Part shown: positions 36,906 to 51,275 of the stretch, piece by piece
How positions within the stretch are numbered: the first letter of the stretch is position 1
How the letters are laid out: each line of letters starts with the position of its first letter
DNA from: Octopus vulgaris
Lineage: Eukaryota
Reading direction: 5' to 3'
Length of the DNA: 64,000 nucleotides
Assembly: GCA_951406725.2 (NCBI GenBank)
Contig: OX597838.1
Span: 23,064,001 to 23,128,000, forward strand
Notes under the pieces: model-generated
What the model saw: only the letters and a program-made list of their open reading frames with translations
Told to the model about the DNA's origin: nothing
The model's database searches: none
Made by a program: the position numbers and the translations under genes

Positions 36906-38399
36906 TGTGAAGTTCCACTCCTCGTTAATTAAACATTCCTTTGTTGTAGTAAAATAGGAACTTTAATGAGCAAGGAAGGGCACTGATGGTGGCTTATGAT
37001 TAGAAATTCATTGGATAAACTTAAGGAAACTGCCAATGGCCTCTTGTGTCACGAACAGCAATCAGTGAAGGGTTTCCCCTGCGTGAGAAAAGCCTGTCGT
37101 CAAATTCTTTTACAGATATATTTTGTACCAAACTGGTTCGATCTGGACGTAACCCAGGTATATACAATATCTTTTATCTTTCACCTGTTTGTCATTAATC
37201 TGCAGCCATGCTGGAGCTCCACCTTGGAGGATCTTTTAGTCAAATGAATAGACAGCAGTATTTAAAAAAAAAAAATTTTTTTTTTTTTAGTTAAGCCTAC
37301 CACTTATTCTATTTGTGTCTTTTGCTGAACCACTAAGTAACAGGGATGTAAATAGACCACCAACACCAGTTGTCATGACTGGGGGGGGGGGCAAACAACG
37401 ACAAACATATATATATATATATATATGATGGGCTTCTTTCAGTTTCTGTCTATTAAATCCACTGACAACATTTTGGTCAGCTTAAGACTATAGTAGTATT
37501 AGGCTGACCAAAGTACCATGCAGAGGGACTGAACCTGGAACCATGTGGCTGGAAAATAAGCTTCTTACTACACACCCACGCCTCTATCAATAAAGCACAT
37601 TAAAAATAATTTTCATAACTGGCTTTTGGATACCAGATAAATAATACTGGTCTTTACTAATGTTATTGATGATGATGACTGATGATTGATGATGACTGGT
37701 GATTGATGATGACTGATGGTGGTGACTGATGATTGATGATGGCTGATGATTGATAGTGATACTGACTGATGACAACAACGATTGATAACGATGATTGATG
37801 ATGATGACAATGGACAATGATTGATGATGATGATGATGATATCAGTACTATTAGCATGCTAGTAGCTGAAGGGATAATCTCTGTAGCTCTTTCACTTTCA
37901 GCAACTGTGAGTGAGTGAGTGATAGTGGAATTGTGTATGTATGCGAGTAGAAGAGAGCATGTGTGTATGTGTATGCAGGCATGGCTGTATGGCTTAGTGA
38001 TTAGGGATATTCGGCTCACAATTGTGAGGTCATCAGTTCAACTCCTGGCAGCACATTGTGTCCTTGAGCAAGGCACTTTATTTTACGCTGCTCCAGTCCA
38101 CTCAACTGGCAAAAATGAATTGTACCGGTAATTCAAAAGAGCGAGCTTTGTCACATTCTGTGTCATGCTGAATCTCACTGAGAACCTCATTAAGGGTACA
38201 CGTGTCTGTGGAGCGCTCAGCCACTTGCACATTACTTTCATGAGCTGACAGCCCCATTGATTGGATCGACTGGTGCCCTGGTTGTTGCAACCAATGGAGT
38301 GCTAGCAGCACTTTCACTTCCACCACCTGAGTGAGGGTAACTGGGTGTGTATGTGAGTGAATGAATGTGTGTGTTGTGTGAGTGTGCGAGTGTATGTGC

Positions 38400-38690
38400 A
38401 AGTGTAAGCATGAGTGAGTGAGTGAGTGTGAGAGAGTGAGTGAGTGAGTGTGAGAGAGTGAGTGAGTGAGTGTGAGAGAGAGTGAGTGAGTGTGAGAGTG
38501 AGTGCGAGAGTGAGTGAGTGCGAGAGTGAGTGAGTGCGAGAGTGAGTGAGTGCGAGAGTGAGTGAGTGCGAGAGTGAGTGAGAGTGAGAGAGTGAGTGAG
38601 TGTGAGAGTGAGTGAGTGAGTGAGTGAGAGAGAGTGAGAGTGAGTGAGTGTGAGAGTGAATGAGTGAGTGTGAGTGAGAGAGAGTCTATG
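38400..38690. repeat. (GAGT)n-derived repeat with 16-bp subunits
   Basis: Direct reading. Confidence 0.9.
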
Positions 38691-39445
38691 TGTATGTATG
38701 TGTGAATGCAAGTACATGCATGTGTGTATGAGTGTATGGCTGTGCAGTTAAGAAATGTTTACAACCATGTGGATTCATGTTCAATTCCACAGCACAGCAC
38801 TAAGTTCACTGACTTGCATAAATTTGGGATCCAGATATTGTGCCAAAGCCCAGTGTGTTTGTGTGCCCTCTATAACTACTTGGCAGTCGGTGTTGGTTTG
38901 TTTACATCCCTGTAATTAGTGACTTGACAACAAAAAAAAAGACCAACAGAAGTACCAGGTTTTAAAAACAAATACTGGGATGAATTTGTTTGACTAAAAC
39001 CCTTCAAAGTGGTGCTCTAGTATGGCCACAGCCCAATAACTGAAAGAAGTAAAAGATCTTTAAAAATACATACACATACATAAGCATGTTTGTATATGTA
39101 TATGCACATGTGTGCATGTGCATGCACACATACATGCATGCATACACACACACACATACATACATACATACATACATACAAGGGGGTGCTGTAAAGTTCC
39201 TAGCTTTGGGGAAAAGAAAATACAGGAGGATCAGTTAATTATGATTTTATGCAACATATTCCCCTCCCAGATCCACACATTTATTGCAGAAGTCTTTCAG
39301 TTTTTCTAAGCCCTGTAAAAGAACTCCAAAGGTTGGGCCTCCAACCAGGCCTTTCAGGATACTTTCAAAGCCAGGAACTTTTGAGTACTCCCACACATAT
39401 ATATGAAACATAAATATTTATAAATACGTTATATATATGTATATG

Positions 39446-39501
<56 letters not shown>

Positions 39502-39669
39502 ATATATTTATCATACACACTCCATGTTTCTAAATGTCAGAAATGAATCTGGTCACCAGTTTGGAAAATAGTTTCTTCTTTGAAATGCCATCTGAAGACT
39601 AGGAACCAGCACGAGTGTGACTAATAGCTTAGACTGGAACAATAGACAACCTTAACACAAAACACACAA

Positions 39670-39724
<55 letters not shown>

Positions 39725-42204
39725 TCCCACAAACCACCATTACCACCAGCATCATCATGATCCAAATATTTTCAACATTATATCTTTGTCTCTCTCTCTC
39801 CCACTTATTTTTTCCAATATGTCTCCACACACCACCACCTCCAACAGTGTCCCCATCATCATGGTAACCAATAGCATTAATGACAACACCACCTCCTCCT
39901 CTTCCATCACCACCACCACCAACACCACCACTACCAGCACCGCCTCTTCACCTATGTAAAGGAAGATGTGACACAGCGAATGTAACTCACCCCTGCCGTG
40001 TATGAGGTTACAGTGCTTCTTGTTGATTTGTGTGGATGTGGAATCTAATTTGGTCCCCTTGCTTAAGAGAAGCTATACAACTGATAATGGATAGCTTCCT
40101 ATCCAGGAGGGAACACTTCTCACTTATCCACTTCATAACACTACAAACAGCATTATAAATATTTGTAAAGTTTGAGATAACATGACACTTTTTTTTTTGG
40201 AACAGTGGATCTCGAAGCAGTCTCTGACTTTCTCTATTCAAGGGTCTTTTGTTTTTAAGTCCAGTATTTATAGGCGCAGGAGTGTCTGTGTGGTAAGTAG
40301 CTTGTTTACCAACCACATGGTTCCGGGTTCAGTCCCACTGCGTGGCACCTTGGGCAAATGTCTTCTACTATAGCCTCGGGCCGACCAAAGCCTTGTGAGT
40401 AGATTTGGTAGATGAAAACTGAAAGAAGCCCGCTGTATATATGTGTGTATATATATATATATATATGATCATATATATATATATATATGCGTGTGTGTGT
40501 TTGTATGTCTGTGTTTGTCCCCCTAGCATTGCTTGACAACTAATGCTGGTGTGTTTATGTCCCCGTTACTTAGCGGTTCGGCAAAAGAGACCAATAGAAT
40601 AAGTACTGGGCTTACAAAAGAATAAGTCCCGGGGTCGAGTTGCTCAATTAAAGGTGGTGCTCCAGCATGGCTGCAGTCAAATGACTGAAACAAGTAAAAG
40701 AGTAAAGAGTAAGAGTATTTACATGCTGTTATTTTATAGCCTTAACTACTTCAAGATCCACTGTTCCAAAAAGGAACTCTACTACATCCAATTATCAGAT
40801 GTGGGCTGTGGGTCCCTGAAACCTAGAGATTCAGATACAATTGAGCCCCATCCCCATTATCAATATTACTCCTTCTCCACAGCCCCACCACCACGACTCC
40901 CTCCTTCCAACACCCCCACTATCACCACCATCACCATTATCGACATCATACCCATGCCCCTTCATGACTATCAACACCTCCCTCACCACTATCAACATTG
41001 CCTCCAGCCACACTACAACTCAGAGGCCTTCTCTACAGGGTTGCTTGACCTGTTAGAAACAGCAGCAAAATCATCATTAAAAAATAAATCGAACCTCATT
41101 ACCTTAGCATTTAAACCAGCCATATCCGGCCCACATAGTTTATCTGTTTCAATGTTCAGACTAGCCAGATCTGATCTCTCACGCCTACCCTACAATGTCA
41201 TTCTAAAAACGTAAAAATCAGGGGCAGGCATGGCTGTGTAGTAAGAAGCTTGCTTCTCAACCACATGGTTTGGTGTTCAGTCCCACTGCATGGCACCCTG
41301 GGCAAGTGTTTTCTACTAAAGCCTCATGCTGACCAAAGCCTTGTAGATGGAAACTGAAAGAAGCCCATCGTGTGTGTATATATATACATATATATATATA
41401 TACACACACACATTGTATGTGTGTATATATGTGTGTATATATACATGTGTATATATACACATCATGTATATATAGATGTGTGTCTGTTTGTCACCCCACC
41501 ACCACTGCTTGATAACCAGTGTTGGTGTGTTTGCGCCCCCATAACTTAGCAGTTCGACCAAAAAGACCAATAGAATAAGTACAGGGCTCAAAAAATAATT
41601 CCTGGAGCTGAGTCTTTCGACTACAAATCCAAGGCGGTGCTCCAGCATCGTCGCAGTCTAACGACAAGCAAAAATACAATCACATTATTGAGCTCTCAAA
41701 GCCCCAAGATAACGAAGGGTTAATCCAAGAACAGCGTAAATTAAATAAGTACATTCGACATAATTCTGAATGCTAAGTATGCTAATGGATTAAACGATGA
41801 TGAACCTATCCATTGGATAACATAGATACCCCAAAAAAAAAAAAAATCAAACTGTTAGTCACATCTGGAACGCCTTTGATCAGAGATCCGAGATCTGCTG
41901 GATCAGGGCTGACCTGGTGTTAAACAGCAAAAAAAAAACAAAAAACAGGCGCAATAAAAACCAGAACAGGATGTCATATGGAGCCTGGTGATTCAGAAAT
42001 GACGAGTGTGCATTTCGTATGAGACAACTAAAGCAAACCTAGGTGGTGGTGGTGGTCATCGTCATCGTTGTTTACCCAAATATATTTCTCCTTCTGTGGT
42101 TTACAGAGATCGTCTGACTCTAAGGCCAGACTGATGACGATGATGACATCGAGTGACTTACATACTTACATTGAGGTTTTCCCCAACAATGATGATGATG
42201 ACGA

Positions 42205-42395
42205 CAACGGTGGTCATCATCATCATTGTTCGACCGTGGTCGAGACAATGGAATTTACCATGCTACGCCAGACTTCACGGTCCATCATGGCATTACGGAG
42301 GTCCTGTTGCTGGATGCCTGTATCCCTGGAGATTACATCAGGGTAGGAGAGTGTGCACCCTCTGGCATTGTGAGTAGATGGCTTCCAAATGGCTT
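42205..42395 (-). mobile_element. RTE-like LINE 3' end
   Basis: Frame ...YPDVISRDTGIQQQDLRNAMMDREVWRSMV-stop followed by a (TGA)n tail, typical RTE C-terminal AxDRxxWR motif. Confidence 0.75.
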
Positions 42396-42399
42396 TTAC

Positions 42400-43255
42400 G
42401 ACAGTGGTGGTGGTGGTGGTGGTGGTGGTGGTGGTAGTGATGATGATAATGGTGGTAGTGATGTTGACTGTGACAATATTAACATTGGAGGTAGTGATGG
42501 TGATGATGGTGGTGGTGATAAGTGCAATGATGATGACAATGTTGGTGATGATCATGATGAAGATGGTGGTGTTAATGGTGGTGGTGGTGGTGGTAGTGAT
42601 GTTGATGATGTTGACAGAGGTGATGATGATGATGGCAGTGGTGGTGATGATCATGATGATGAAGATGGTGGTGTTAATGGTGGTGTTAATGGTGGTGGTA
42701 GTGATGTTGATGATGTTGACAGAGGTGATGATGATGATGGCAGTGGTGGTGATGATCATGATGATGAAGATGGTGGTGTTAATGGTGGTGGTGGTGGTAG
42801 TGATGTTGATGATGTTGACAGAGGTGATGATGATGATGGCAGTGGTGGTGATGATCATGATGATGAAGATGGTGGTGTTAATGGTGGTGGTGGCGGTAGT
42901 GATGTTGATGATGTTGACAGAGGTGATGATGATGATGGCAGTGGTGGTGATGATCATGATGATGAAGATGGTGGTGTTAATGGTGGTGGTGGTGGTAGTG
43001 ATGTTGATGATGTTGACAGAGGTGATGATGATGATGGCAGTGGTGGTGATGATCATGATGATGAAGATGGTGGTGTTAATGGTGGTGGTGGTGGTGGTAG
43101 TGATGTTGATGATGTTGACAGAGGTGATGATGATGATGGCAGTGGTGGTGGTGGTGGTGCACATGATGATAGAGAAGATGGTGAGAGCAGTTGTGATGGT
43201 GATGGTTGCAGTGATGTTGGCAGTGGCAATGAAAATGATGCTGGGCAGTGGTGGC
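42400..43255. repeat. GGT/GAT triplet tract with a higher-order 99-105 bp unit (~6 copies)
   Basis: Anchor GTTGACAGAGGTGATG recurs at about 42610, 42715, 42814, 42913, 43012 and 43114. Confidence 0.95.
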
Positions 43256-43415
43256 ACATTTGTACACATCCTTCCGCCACCAACAGCAACAGTGGACCTT
43301 TCTGCCTGCCTGGAATTTTTCCCTTCTGATATTCACATTGAAACTAAATTTCAAAGTTTCTATGAAGTTATTACAAATGTAATTGATCCTATTTCCACAC
43401 GGAGAGAGCAAGGAG

Positions 43416-43466
<51 letters not shown>

Positions 43467-43594
43467 GTGGGGTGGGGAGAGAGAGATGGATAATAGAGAA
43501 AGAGGGTGGAGGGGAAAATAAATAGTTAGAAAATCTTGATTAGAAATTTGAAAAGAAAAAATCTCTAAAAATATTTCTTCTTTAGCTTGAAATA

Positions 43595-43908
43595 CCAATA
43601 TATACAACATTTAAAGTGTATGTGTGTGTTTATGTGTGTATATATATATATATATATACGCCAATATACTACATTTAAAGTGTGTGTGTATATATAAATA
43701 TATATATATATATATACACACATACACCAATATACTACATTTAATGTGTGTGCATATATATATATATATATATACACACACACCAATATACTACATTTAA
43801 CATGTGTATATATATATATATTTATATACCAATATACTACATTTAATGTGTATGTGTATGTATATATATATAAATATATATATATGCATACATACACATA
43901 CATTTAAA

Positions 43909-43945
<37 letters not shown>
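43595..43945. repeat. ~60-bp compound repeat CCAATATACTACATTTAA(TG)n(TA)n
   Basis: About five recurrences of the anchor. Confidence 0.88.
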
Positions 43946-43947
<2 letters not shown>

Positions 43948-44608
43948 GTATATGTATAATATTGTATCATAATACAGTATGTGTAATATAGTGTATATTA
44001 TATTTACACACGAACACTATTTATATATATATGCATGCTTATACACATACATACATACACACACATACACACACACACACAGTGGTAACACATGCCAATT
44101 CTCAGGATTTTTATCTCACAAATTATCGTGTTCAAAAATTAGTGACAATACACACATACACTGTACTGTAAAGGCAACACACAAACACACACCACGCTCA
44201 CACACATACACAAACAAACACAGCACACTCACATGCAAACAGACCACGCTCACACGTACACACACACACACACAAACAGCGATGGCATTCCTTTTGATTT
44301 TCAGAATGTCTGTTTTCTTCTTTCTACTTTGGCATTCCATTAATGCCACCATCTGACGTACATTTTTGCATCGATTCCATCTCGCCGCCGCCATCAACAC
44401 ATACACACACACACACACATCCGTACATATTTTACAAATAAATATATATTCAAACAACATGTATATCAGTGTATAAATATATATAATTAACTTTATATAA
44501 AGACATACACACACACACACATTGAAATACCCATTTTAAATATAACATATATATTCAACTATGAATGACGATATACACACACACACACACAATTATACAT
44601 ATACTTAC

Positions 44609-44651
<43 letters not shown>

Positions 44652-44774
44652 CACACAAATACATACATGTGCATATATATTATACTTATACACAAATATG
44701 CATATATATATACACACACAAATATACATACATGTGCATATATATTATACTTACAAATATACATGTACATATAT

Positions 44775-44902
44775 TTACACACAAGTATACATATACATAT
44801 ATATACACACAAGTATACATATACATATATATACACACAAGTATACATATACATATATATACACACAAGTATACATATACATATATATACACACAAGTAT
44901 AC

Positions 44903-44912
<10 letters not shown>
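44775..44912. repeat. 28-bp tandem repeat ACACACAAGTATACATATACATATATAT
   Basis: About five near-identical units. Confidence 0.9.
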
Positions 44913-44949
<37 letters not shown>

Positions 44950-45045
44950 TACACAAGAATACATATATATAAATATACATACACATATACACACACAAAT
45001 ATATATACATAGATACACACAAAGAAACACAAAGATACAGACACA

Positions 45046-45091
<46 letters not shown>

Positions 45092-45532
45092 TACTCATAC
45101 ATTCACACACAAAGATACATACACAAACATATACACACAAAGATATATATATATAAACAAACTAACATGCACAAAATTTCAAATTTTTAGAAATAAACTT
45201 TGACATTTTTTCAATATCAATATTATTTTGGTTGATTCCATCTCATTTTCTTTTTTCGCTATTAACCAATCATCGCAATATTTTCCAATATTTTTAGCAT
45301 TAAAACCAAATAAAACTTTCAAATGAGCATCAATACGGATCCTGTTTTGGTATTTAATACCAAATGGAACACACACACACACACGTGCTTACACATATAA
45401 TGCATAAACACTACACACGTATATGCACCTCACATGCACTTATCCACATGTATACACACACTATATACACCACACGCATATGCACATTTAAACACTATAA
45501 ACACATGCATACCACACACATATACACCTATA

Positions 45533-45568
<36 letters not shown>

Positions 45569-45797
45569 TCACACACACATGCACATTATATATATAAAGT
45601 ACCACATGTTTTTATAGAACACACATGCACATATGTTTACAGAACATACATATACGCACGCAATTGTATACACACCACATATATGCACATGAATATGCAG
45701 ATGTATGCACATGTATATATACTGCATACATATATTTTACACACACACATATATACACGACACATATGCACATGTGTATATACTGCATACATATATT

Positions 45798-45829
<32 letters not shown>

Positions 45830-46141
45830 CGTGACACATATGCACATGTATATATACCGCACACATTTGGTATATACTCCAGACACACTTACAGAAATAA
45901 CCACATGGAAATACTCTGAAAACAGAAACGAAACTAAATTATGATGAATTAATAAAGAGACCTGACATTTTTTTAAAAATTAAGTGCAAAATCTATGTAC
46001 ATATGTATGCACACACACGCAGGCACATACACATACACACTGATAACCATCATTAAAATACATCCTAGAATTTAATGAGGGAAAATATTTATATCAATAC
46101 AAACACACCCTATAATATATATCTGTGCATGCATGTATATG

Positions 46142-46176
<35 letters not shown>

Positions 46177-49100
46177 GTATTTTTATATAATTTCACATCC
46201 TTATGTACACGAATATTGCTTTTTCTAATTAGGTACAGACATTCTAGGAAGGCAGAAATGATGGTGGCACGGCAGAGAGGAGTTGTGTTACTGTGCCGTT
46301 TATGGCCACCCCTCAGTGGAAACAGGAGGGGAACAAAGTTGAGAATAAAGTGAACTCGACTCGACCAAGAATTAAAACCTCACTTCGTTGTCCCTAAGCA
46401 AACAGTTTTGCTTTTGGGAACTATCTCATGTAGTAAGAAACTCCGCCAAGGGGGAAGCTGAACCACAGAAGGTTTTCAGGGGAGAATCCTCACAACCCAA
46501 TGCATCCCATCCCATTCATACAAATATTTTGGCCCTTAAGTCCTTAGACTCTAAGGAGGGGTATCCAGGTTATGAATCCTGGATACCCTTGTGTTGCCAC
46601 ATTCCGTTTCCGTGCTACTATTGTCTGCATTGCAACCCTAATGGATGATGCCCCTAAGGCACCCCAGAGCCAATATACCTTGGATGTTGTAACCAGTTCA
46701 GTCGAAGATGTCAGCTGACTGGAGGGTAAATTGTGCCTTCTGAAATTAAACATCTGGAGCAGACCCAGCTGGAGCTCTTCTCAGTTGCTTCATCGCCTTA
46801 AGAACTCAGCTTCTCTTTCTCCTACATTGGTACGTGCCTTTCGTCTCTGCATTGGAACATGCCTTTTATTCCTATAATTTTTTTAATGCAAATCACAGCG
46901 TTGTTTTGTTTACATCCCTATAACTTAACAGTTCACCAAAAGAGACCGATAAAATAAGTACCAGGCTTAGAAAAAGTATAAGTACTGGGTTACTTCAGAC
47001 AACTAAAAACCCTTCAAGGCAGTGCCCCAGCATGACCACAGTCTAATGACTAAAACCAGTACAAGATTAGATATCCACTCCTTAAATTAATATGTACCAT
47101 ATTTTGTGGTTTATTAGACACATTTTTTCTATAAAATGTCTCCAAAAACCATACTGTGTCCTATAAACCGAAGGTCAATGATGGGAGCTATAAGTTTGGG
47201 ATGTGGGCTGGGCTGTAGCTCTCCCAGTTATGTCCGATGCCAAGCCATTGAAACTAAAACAAGTCCAGCGTTTCATAAATATAGTAAATTAATAACATCT
47301 TGAGACAAGCTATTTATGAAATATTAAGCACTCTTGACTTTTTTCCTGATTATTACCTTCTAAATTGGGATGCTTCTAATGCACCGGAGTGTCTTATGAA
47401 CCAGTGCTTCTCAAACTGTCTGATGTGACGTACTGGCAGTTTTTTTTTCCAATGTGCCAGGGACCAGTGATATTTCTTAATGTTTATTTACACCGGAAAC
47501 AATATATATAATGAATATAATAAAAGTTGACAAATTTTTGTTTTATCTTATATTTATATTGTAAGCAAATAATACAATATTAGATAAGCATTTTAAAAGA
47601 ATTTTATAAGGTTTCTTTCTTTTCTGGAAACTTGCCGCATACAGGGTTTTGAGATTTTGATGAGATAACTTAATTTTTAGGATGTTATTGTAGGGTAGGT
47701 GTGAGAGGCTAGATCTGGTTGGTTAAACCCTTTAGCATTCAGATTTCTCTGTCAAATGTAATGCTCTTTTATTCATATTGTCTTGAATTAATCATGCATT
47801 ATTTTGTGGCGTCAAGATTTCATCAGCACAATCATCATTGTTTAACATCCGCTTTCCATGCTACCACGGGTTGTACGATTTGACAGAGGACTGACGAACC
47901 AGATGGCTGCACCAGGCTCCAATCTGATCTGGCAAGGTTTCTGCAGCTGGATGCCCTTCCTAATACCAACCATTCCGGAGTGTAGTGGGTGTTTTTACAT
48001 GCCACCGGCACGAGGGCCAATCAGGCGGTATTGTCAATGGCCACACTCAAGTGGTGCTTTTTATGTGCCATCTGCACAGGAGCCAGTCCAGCGGCACTGG
48101 TAACAACCTCGTTCAAATGATTTTCATGTGCCACCAGCACAAGTGCCAGTAAGGCGATGCTGGTAACGATCACATTTATGTGGTGCTTTTTGCATGCCAC
48201 TGGCAAGGAAGCCAGTCAGCTGTTCTGGCAGCGACCATGCTCAGATGGTGCTCTTAGTGCTCCACAGGCATGGGTGCCAGCCATCAAATTTGCTGATGTG
48301 AATTGTTTATTTTTACTATGACATTGTAGGACAGGTGTGAGATGGTGGATCTGGCCAGTTTGAACATAAACAAGGCAGAATATTATGGCTGGTTTAAATG
48401 CTAAAGGGTTAAATGACAAAAGTACAATGGAGAGAAAGACAGGGATGTGGAGTTGGTCAGGAGGACGGACTGGCTGTAATAGGAGGACAAAGAGGGAGAT
48501 GAAGTGATAAAGGCAAGAGTAGGTGATGGGTGGCAATCAAGAAGATTCAGAGGGGAGAGGGAGTGTTGGCTGGCAAGTTAGAGTGATTTGGATGGTGAGG
48601 AAGATGATAGCCATCCGATGTGCTCTATATTAAATTTGAAAAGCTTTTCTGGAAGACCTGAAGCCATGTAGGCTACTGAGGACACTTTCTGTTGTGGGCT
48701 CTGGTTTAACCCTTTTGTTACTAACCTGGCCAAAACCGGCTCTGGTTCTCTAGTAAAAATGTCTTGCTTTCATAAGTTTTGAATTTAAATATTTCACCAA
48801 GCCTTAGTCTCAATTTATGTTTGTAACATAAATTGAGACTCGCGGAGTGGTTGGTGTTAGGAAGGGCATCCAGCTGTAGAAACACTGCCAGATCAGACTG
48901 GAGCCTGGTGCAGCCCCTGGCTTCCCAGACCCCAGTCGAACCGTCCAACCCGTGCTAGTGCGGAAAACGGACATTAAACGATGATGATGAACATTAGCTA
49001 AATGATAACGAAGTTATTTTACTAAATTCTTTGGTATATTTAAAATAATTGAAAGAAATATAAAGCATCTCAAAGTAAATACAGTAATGAAAGGGTTAAC

Positions 49101-49299
49101 CAGTTTCACTTGCAATGATGGGGTTGCTTTGGGACCATGATAAATGACACTTGCGCATGATTCCGCACAGTGGGATAATACTCCAACCAATATAACAATT
49201 TGCATCTACATCAGGAAACCTTATTAGACTAGCTCCTATTATTTTAAACTTGAACACATGAAACAAAAGTGAGTACTTTTGTTGGTCAGCTTAAGAGAA

Positions 49300-49334
<35 letters not shown>

Positions 49335-49589
49335 AACTTTGTGGTTGTGATCACGAGATGCTGTCATTATCTATCATCGTTAATATTAATATCGTTATCA
49401 GCAGCAGCAGCATTATTAATGTCATCTGTTTATGAATAACATCATTAAAATATTTGAATATGTATTTTGTTATGTTAGCACAATAACAAAACTATTTCGA
49501 TGCAAACAAGGCCAGCATTCTAGTTTTGCATAGAATTATTCTGGTTTGCCTTTTATTATTCGGAATGCAGTAAATTGAGAATATATATG

Positions 49590-49990
49590 TGTGTGTGTTC
49601 ATGTGTGTTTGCGTGTGTTTTTGTGTGTTCATGTGCTTTTGCGTGTTTGCGTGTATCTGTGCGTGTTCGTGTGTGTTTGTGCGCGTTCGTGTGTTTTTGC
49701 GTGTTTGTGTGTGTTTTGCGTGTTTGTGTGTGTTTGTGCATGTCCGTGTGTGTCTGTGCGTGTTCGTGTGTGTTTGTGCGCGTTCGTGTGTTTTTGCGTG
49801 TTTGTGTGTGTTTTGCGTGTTTGTGTGTGTTTGTGCATGTCCGTGTGTGTCTGTGCGTGTTCGTGTGTGTTTGTGCGCGTTCATGTGTTTTTGCGTGTTT
49901 GTGCGTGTTCGAGTGTATCTGTGCGTGTTCGTGTGTGTCTGTGCGTGTTTGTGTGTTTGTGCATATCCATGTGTTTGTGCGTGTTTATGC
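49590..49990. repeat. GT-rich minisatellite with ~90-bp higher-order unit
   Basis: TGTGCGCGTTC anchor repeats about every 98 nt within (GT)n-derived sequence. Confidence 0.8.
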
Positions 49991-49993
49991 ATT

Positions 49994-50036
<43 letters not shown>

Positions 50037-51275
50037 ATGTGAGTGCATGTGTGTATTTGTATATGAGTGATTGTGTTTGTATGAGTTCGTATGTATGTGT
50101 GTGTTTCTACGTACGAGTCTGCACAAGTGTGTGTTTCTATGTATGCATGCATTTGTATGTGCATGTGTGTGTGGGAGGGGGTGGTAGGTAAACAGGCAGA
50201 TATAGATATTTGTGTGTGAGCATGCATACATAAAGCCATGGGGCTGAAATGCAAACTCCACTTTGACAGGATTTGATCTCAAAACAGATATTTGAAACTA
50301 AGGACCCTACAAAGATCAAAACTCAGTTGTGTGGGTAAGAAACTTGCTCCACAACCCCTTGGTTCTGGCTGAGAGGGGTGCTGTCAGATTTACTTTTCGT
50401 CCTTCTGGGGTCCAGGGGGAGGAGGGGCGATTAAATATTAAGCATAAAGGAATTTCGCCTTCCCAAGAAACACAGGCCAGCAGCGAAGACCATTAGCCCT
50501 TTAGACCTCATGTCTTGCGCAATCACTCGTGTTCTTTCCATCGTTCTTTGGTCTCCCCAGCTTCCACAGAAGTACCTTTCATGAGAAGGACTCCCGGAGA
50601 TTCAATCTCTGAATCAGAGAGGATCCTTTGCTTGTCTGAGACAAGCAGCCAGGTACATAGGTTGTTTTGCTTTTCATAGCAAATGTTTTCACACACAGCA
50701 GGGAGGCTACCCCTCCTGCTATACTCCCCTCCACTCAAACCTGGAAGGCCCCGTTGGTGATTAACAGCTTTCTTCAACTGTAACATACCTGCAGACAACA
50801 GACAAGCAATTGGTGTCATATTTTCTTTCGTTCTTTCTTTTTTTGATATCTGCTGTTGGAGAGTACCTCCCTTTCTCCACCTACACAGGGGGAGGATGGT
50901 ACCATTATTTTGTCCCTGTGCCAGAGAGGTAAAGGGAGAAGGGCAACAGCCCCTACTGTGTGTAAAAACATTTGCTATGAAAACAACTAAGAGCAAAATA
51001 ATCCACATATTTAGATGTCTGTTTAAACAGCAAGGAAGTCTATCTGCTACTGAGATTGATAGTTGGGGTTCTTTCTATGAAAGCTGGAGACCAAAGAATG
51101 AGGGGAAAGAACTAAAATCTGCTCTAAGGTATTGCTCAAGACATGAGGACTAAGGGGTACCGATCTATGTTGCTGGATTTTGCTCCTTGGGAAGCTGAAA
51201 CTCCCAAGTACCATATCAATATTTTATCAACTCCAATCCCAAGAAGGAAGAAAAGAAAATCTGACCATGTCCAGT

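Noticed and set aside
42223-43525. Long Asp/Gly-rich, Val/Met-rich and Thr/Ile-rich ORFs as real proteins
   Set aside because: They are open only because GGT/GAT triplet repeats lack stops in those frames; they overlap an RTE 3' end and show no splice or signal-peptide support.
46557-46589. 11-bp hairpin as a ribozyme or terminator
   Set aside because: No hammerhead or HDV core recognised; probably part of an unidentified repeat.
50105-50130. CAD tripeptide as the missing first ArfGAP exon
   Set aside because: Reads CADS rather than CADC, lies in (GT)n-derived sequence, and has no donor.
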